Source: an uncultured Gemmatimonadaceae bacterium (GTDB lineage: Bacteria > Gemmatimonadota > Gemmatimonadetes > Gemmatimonadales > Gemmatimonadaceae). From it: a stretch of DNA of 64,000 nt. The notes under the pieces were generated by a model. It ran no database searches. It saw nothing but the letters and a program-made list of their open reading frames with translations, and was not told the origin of the DNA. This document shows, piece after piece, positions 57,400 to 64,000 of the stretch. The translations under genes and the position numbers were made by a program. The stretch covers positions 1,088,001 through 1,152,000 of the forward strand of contig CAWJMB010000002.1 in the NCBI GenBank assembly GCA_963843845.1, read 5' to 3'. Numbering within the stretch: the first letter of the stretch is position 1; every line of letters starts with the position of its first letter.

Positions 57400-59402
57400 A
57401 TGGCCACCATCGTATCCGCTCCCGCCTACGCGCCGGCGCAGGAAGCCGCTCCAGACCGGACTGTGGAGCTGGCTCACCACGGTCGATCACAAGCGGATCG
57501 GCATTCTGTATCTGTTCACGTCGCTGTTCTTCTTCGTCTGGGGCGGGCTCGAGGCGTTCATCATCCGCCTGCAGCTCGCCGCAGCCGAACGGGACGGTCG
57601 TGACGGCCGATCAGTACAATCAGCTGTTCACGATGCACGGCACGACGATGGTCTTCCTCGCCATCATGCCGCTGTCGGCCGTGTTCTTCAACTACCTGAT
57701 CCCGCTGCAGATCGGCGCGCGCGACGTCGCCTTCCCGCGGCTGAACGCGTTCTCGCTACTGGATCTATCTGCTGGGCGGCATCTTCATCACGCTGCCGAT
57801 CCTGTTCCAGGTCGCGCCGGACGGCGGCTGGTTCGGCTACACCCCGCTCACGACGAAGCAGTCGTCGCCCGGAATCAACATCGATTTCTGGGTCATCGGG
57901 CTGCAGATCCTCGGCATCTCGACGCTCGCGGCGAGCTTCAACTTCATCACCACGATCGTCAACATGCGCGCGCCCGGAATGAATCTGTTCCGGATGCCGA
58001 TGTTCACGTGGAACGCGTTCGTCATGCAGTTCCTGATCCTGCTGGCGTTCCCGGTCATCACGATCGCGCTGCAGTTCCTGATCTTCGACCGCTTCTTCGG
58101 CACGAACTTCTACACGACCGCGGCGGGCGGCGACCCGCTGCTCTGGCAGCACCTGTTCTGGATCTTCGGGCACCCCGAGGTCTACATCCTCATCCTGCCG
58201 GCGTTCGGCCTCGTGTCGGAGGTCATCCCGACGTTCAGCCGCAAGCCGATCTTCGGCTACCCGGTCATGGTGCTACGCGACGGTGCTCATCGGCTTCCTC
58301 GGCTTCGGCGTGTGGGCGCACCACATGTTCTCGGTCGGCATGGGGCCGGTCGCCGACTCGGTGTTCAGCCTCACGACGATGCTGATCGCGATCCCGACGG
58401 GCGTGAAGATCTTCAACTGGATCTCCACGATGTGGGGCGGCGCGCTGCGCTTCACGACGGCGATGAAGTTCGCCACGGCGCTCGTCGGGCTGTTCACGAT
58501 CGGCGGCATCTCCGGCGTCATGCACTCGTCGCCGCCGGCCGACCTGCAGCAGACCGACACGTACTTCATCGTCGCCCACTTCCACTACGTGCTCTTCGGC
58601 GGCTCGATGTTCGGCATCTTCGCCGGGATCTACCACTACTTCCCGAAGATGACCGGCCGCCTGCTGAACGAGTCGCTCGGGCAATTGGCAGCTTCTGGCT
58701 CATGTTCATCGGCATGAACGTCGACGTTCTTCCCGATGCACTTCAGCGGCCTGCTCGGCATGCCGCGCCGCATCTACACGTACGACGACAATCAGGGGTA
58801 CAGCGGGTTCAACCTGGCGTCGACGATCGGCACCGTGATCCTCATCATCGGCGTCGGAATCACGCTGTGGAACCTGTGGCGGAGCCGCAAGCACGGCGCG
58901 ATCGCCGGGAACGATCCCTGGCAGGCGCGGCACGCTCGAGTGGAGCATTCCGTCGCCCCCGCCCGAATACAACTTCGCGGAGATTCCGCGCGTGACGTCG
59001 CGCTACCCGCTGTGGGACGTGACCCACCCGGAGCTGACGAAGGAAGTGCCGCACACGCAGCGTGGCGATCAGCGCATGGGCATCGCCGTCGGCGAGGGCG
59101 TCGACGGGAGAGAAGTCGGGTCGGCGCACCCGAATCCGGCGAACAGCGATGCCGAAGTCGCCGGCGCGCGCATGCACGTGGAGCGCACCACCCACAAGAC
59201 CGCGCGACAGCTCGGCATTCCGATGCCGAACCCGTCGATCATGCCGCTCGTCTGTGCGACCGGCGTCGTCGTGATGTTCTGCGGGCTGCTCTTCCTCGAC
59301 CGGAGCACGACGACGGGCGTCGGGATCATGGCGTTCGGCGCCGTGTGGTGGATCGGGTCGCTCTACAACTGGCTCACCACCCCGCTCGAGGACGCGCACT
59401 GA
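57400..59402 (+). CDS. coxA: Cytochrome c oxidase subunit I, A1 type (about six frameshifts)
   Basis: [43 protein letters not shown]-terminal extension with two extra TMs. Confidence 0.92.
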
Positions 59403-59403
59403 G

Positions 59404-60096
59404 ATGGCGACCGTAGACACGATGGCGATGGACGCGCACCTGCCGCACCCCGCCGACGCGCACGGCGGCGGCGGGCACTACACGACGACGGGGCTCGACC
59501 ACCGCAAGATCGCGATCTGGGCCTTCATCGGCTCGGAGTGCATGCTCTTCACGTCGCTCATCTCGACCTACCTGATCTACAAGGGTCGCTCGCTCGTCGG
59601 GCCGCTGCCCCACGAGGTGTGGCGCAACCCGCAGACGGGAAAGGTGCTCCCGGCGATCCTGAACATCCCGGTGACATCGGCGTCGACGTTCGTGCTGCTC
59701 ATGTCGTCGCTCGCCATGGTGCTCGCGCACGACGCGGTCGTGCACGCCGACAGCCCGACGCGCAAGGCGTGGCAGAGCTCGAAGCTGTGGCTCGCGATGA
59801 CGGCGATCCTCGGCACCGTGTTCCTCGGCTTCCAGGCGTTCGAGTTCACGTCGTTCGTGCACGAAGGGCTGACGATCCGCACGAACCTGTTCGGCTCGAC
59901 GTTCTTCACGCTCACCGGCTTTCACGGCGGCCACGTGACGGCCGGCGTCGTGTGGCTGCTGACGCTCCTCGCGATCGACTTCAAGCGTGGGCTCGGACCG
60001 AAGGACGCGCTGAACGTCGACCTCGCGGCGCTCTACTGGCACTTCGTCGACGTGGTGTGGATCGTGATCTTCACGCTCGTCTATCTCATTCAGTAG
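59404..60096 (+). CDS. coxC: Cytochrome c oxidase subunit III (short form)
   Basis: FIGSECMLF, TGFHGGHV, YWHFVDVVW. Confidence 0.95.
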   Translation: MATVDTMAMDAHLPHPADAHGGGGHYTTTGLDHRKIAIWAFIGSECMLFTSLISTYLIYKGRSLVGPLPHEVWRNPQTGKVLPAILNIPVTSASTFVLLMSSLAMVLAHDAVVHADSPTRKAWQSSKLWLAMTAILGTVFLGFQAFEFTSFVHEGLTIRTNLFGSTFFTLTGFHGGHVTAGVVWLLTLLAIDFKRGLGPKDALNVDLAALYWHFVDVVWIVIFTLVYLIQ

Positions 60097-60106
60097 GAAC
60101 GCGACC

Positions 60107-60466
60107 ATGGCGAAAGTCACCGGCCACGCCGAGGCGCACGCGCACGACATGAACGACTCGCACGCCGGGCATCCGACGGCGGGCGTCTACCTCAAGGTCG
60201 GCGTCATCCTGACGCTCATCACCGTCGTCGAGGTGTGGGCGTACTACATCCCTGCGCTCGTCGCGTCGAACTTCTTCGTGCCGCTGCTGCTGATCCTGTC
60301 GGCGGTGAAGTTCGTGATCGTCGTCCTGTTCTACATGCACCTCAAGTACGACCACCGGCTGTTCCGCGCGCTGTTCACCGGCCCCTTCATCGTCGCCGCG
60401 TTCACGATGCTCGGGCTCATGTTCCTGTTCGGAAAGCTCGCGGTCCGGCTCGGGATTCTGACCTGA
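60107..60466 (+). CDS. Cytochrome c oxidase subunit IV family protein
   Basis: LTLITVVE, KFVIVVLFYMHLKYD. Confidence 0.88.
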   Translation: MAKVTGHAEAHAHDMNDSHAGHPTAGVYLKVGVILTLITVVEVWAYYIPALVASNFFVPLLLILSAVKFVIVVLFYMHLKYDHRLFRALFTGPFIVAAFTMLGLMFLFGKLAVRLGILT

Positions 60467-60471
60467 CGCGC

Positions 60472-61302
60472 ATGCTGCTCCTGCTGCACCCGGTCGTCAC
60501 GGCCGGTCAGACGTTCTCCGTTCACCCGAGCACCGCGATCGGCATCGCGGTGCTCGGTGCGTTGTACGCCTGGCGCGCCCGCACCGCGCCCGCCACCGCC
60601 CCGCGTGCGGCCTCGCCGAGTCTCGCGCAGCGGCTGTCGTTCTACGGCGCGCTCGCCGTGCTGTTCTTCACGCTGAACGGCCCGGTGCACGACCTGAGCG
60701 ACACGTATCTGTTCAGCGCGCACATGGTGCAGCACCTGGTCCTGACGCTCGTCGTGCCGCCGATGCTCATCGGCGGGACGCCCGGCTGGATGCTGCGCCC
60801 GCTGCTCCGTCCGCGCTGGAGCCGCGCGCTCGCGCTGCGCGCGCTGTCGCCGATCGGCTGCTTCGTGCTGTTCAACGCCGTGCTCGCGGCGTGGCACCTC
60901 CCCCCGCTCTACAACCTCGCGCTGGCCGAGCACGACGTGCACATCACGCAGCACCTGCTGTTCATCGCGGCGTCGGTCGTGATGTGGTGGCCGCTGCTGA
61001 GCCCCCTCCCCGAGCTGCCGCGGCTCTCGTATCCGGGGCAGATGCTGTACTGCTTCCTGATGACGATCCCGATGTCCATCATCGCGATCTACATCACGAT
61101 GGCGGACCGGCTGCTCTATCCGGCCTACGCGATCGCCCCGCGCGTGTGGGGGCTGACGCCGATGGAGGATCAGCACTACGGGGGGCTCATCATGTGGATC
61201 CCCGGCGGGCTGTTCTTCTATGGCGTGATGACGGTCGTCTTCATCCGGTGGGCCACGCGAGGGCAGGGCGCGGACACGCAGGCGGCGGCGCAGGTGGCGT
61301 AG
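60472..61302 (+). CDS. ctaG: caa3-type oxidase assembly factor (Caa3_CtaG)
   Basis: LFSAHMVQHL, WHLPPLY, HITQH, DQHYGGLIMW. Confidence 0.9.
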   Translation: MLLLLHPVVTAGQTFSVHPSTAIGIAVLGALYAWRARTAPATAPRAASPSLAQRLSFYGALAVLFFTLNGPVHDLSDTYLFSAHMVQHLVLTLVVPPMLIGGTPGWMLRPLLRPRWSRALALRALSPIGCFVLFNAVLAAWHLPPLYNLALAEHDVHITQHLLFIAASVVMWWPLLSPLPELPRLSYPGQMLYCFLMTIPMSIIAIYITMADRLLYPAYAIAPRVWGLTPMEDQHYGGLIMWIPGGLFFYGVMTVVFIRWATRGQGADTQAAAQVA

Positions 61303-61322
61303 CGCGCGGCCGTGCGCACGCA

Positions 61323-61434
61323 CCGCCCCACCTCGTCCGCCCTGAGACCACCGCATCACCGCCCTTCACCCGCGGTTCAACGGCGGTCAACCGGCGGTGA
61401 TGCGGAAGCCGGGAGGGCGGACGAGGTGGGGCGG
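61323..61434. repeat. Nested long inverted repeat between convergent genes
   Basis: Perfect 21-bp outer arms (61323-61343 / 61414-61434) and perfect 13-bp inner arms (61351-61363 / 61393-61405). Confidence 0.85.
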
Positions 61435-61486
61435 ACGGGCTCAGTGCCGACGGCGCACGGGGTGGGACGGGCCGCCCCCGGGGGCG

Positions 61487-62170
61487 TCAGCCCCGCGCCA
61501 CGATCACGAAGTGCGTCGCGTTGTCCGCGCGGTCCTGCACGTCGCGCGCGAGCACGACGAGCCCGTGGCGCTCGGCGGCGCTCTCGCTCGCGATGACGGC
61601 GAGCGATTCGAGCGACGCGTGCGGCACCGCGTCGAACCACGGCGTGGACAGCCCACGCGGCGCGCCGCCGACGAGCGCGGCGAGCTGACGCGCCGCGCCG
61701 GCGGTGTCGAACGCGTCGTACGGCGCGGCGTGCGGCAGCGCGGCGAGAAAGCGCCCGCACTGCGCGAGCGCGGCGCGATGACTCCCGATCGCGCGCAGAG
61801 TGCGCAGTGTCGCGCCGGGGAGCGCGAGCAGCGCGTGGCGGACCGGGAGCACGAGCTCGTCGACGACGCGCACGTCGTCGTGCTGCGCGAGCAGCTCGGC
61901 GACCCCGGGAATGAGGCCGATCGTGGTGTTCGCGCGCGGAAGGATCGTGAGGTCGACGCGGCCGGCGCGGAGCAGTGCGAGCGCCTGGCCGAAACTCGCG
62001 ACGCCGGTCGTCGTCGCCTCGCCGCGCCACTGCCGCTGCGCGGCGAGCTCGCTGTACGCGCCCGGCTCGCCCTGGTAGGCGACGCGCGGACCGGGCGTGG
62101 TCCCGATCGCGCGGAGCGGTGCGTTCGGGGTCGTGATGCGGCGGAGCGGGGGCGTCCAGGCGGCGATCAT
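61487..62170 (-). CDS. Prephenate dehydratase-like domain, no ACT domain
   Basis: VAYQGEPGAYSELAA, SHRAALAQC, DTAGAA, AVIASE, DVQDRADNATHF. Confidence 0.8.
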   Translation of the reverse strand: MIAAWTPPLRRITTPNAPLRAIGTTPGPRVAYQGEPGAYSELAAQRQWRGEATTTGVASFGQALALLRAGRVDLTILPRANTTIGLIPGVAELLAQHDDVRVVDELVLPVRHALLALPGATLRTLRAIGSHRAALAQCGRFLAALPHAAPYDAFDTAGAARQLAALVGGAPRGLSTPWFDAVPHASLESLAVIASESAAERHGLVVLARDVQDRADNATHFVIVARG

Positions 62171-62270
62171 GCGGGCACTTCTCCTCGGCGGGGGGCGTCG
62201 GAGAGAGCGTACGCAGCGGGCCGCGTCAGCGTTGCGGGGCGGAATTTGTATCCGTCGCGTACAAACTGCG

Positions 62271-64000
<1,730 letters not shown>

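Overview
High-GC (about 72-74% by eye) bacterial core-genome segment. Gene content and style resemble Gemmatimonadota (inference, not a database result). It holds about 55 mostly housekeeping genes: the low-complexity N-terminus of a probable Rho, PBP1A, dacB, DUF1800/DUF1501, a divergent EF-G paralogue, thyX, squalene synthase, rnhA, otsAB, an ECF sigma/anti-sigma pair, lpdA/sucB, hsp20, gyrA, a REC-GAF-GGDEF cyclase, a solute-binding protein-MCP pair, a caa3-type oxidase operon, a degenerate prephenate dehydratase and a cNMP-domain-fused aspartase. I saw no rRNA, tRNA, CRISPR array, transposase or phage gene. Three blocks (about 9.9-11.1, 18.1-20.0 and 52.5-58.95 kb) carry many single-base frameshifts, even in thyX and coxA, most likely assembly errors. 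The main non-gene signals are: (1) a dispersed octamer CGTTAGGC/GCCTAACG (14 exact copies plus 1 near copy, both orientations) that accounts for nearly all in-frame TTA codons I found; (2) a family of heptamer-built (GGGGATC)n...(GATCCCC)n palindromes; (3) TANNNT boxes 6-8 nt before at least nine start codons, suggesting leaderless transcription; (4) a 112-nt nested perfect inverted repeat.
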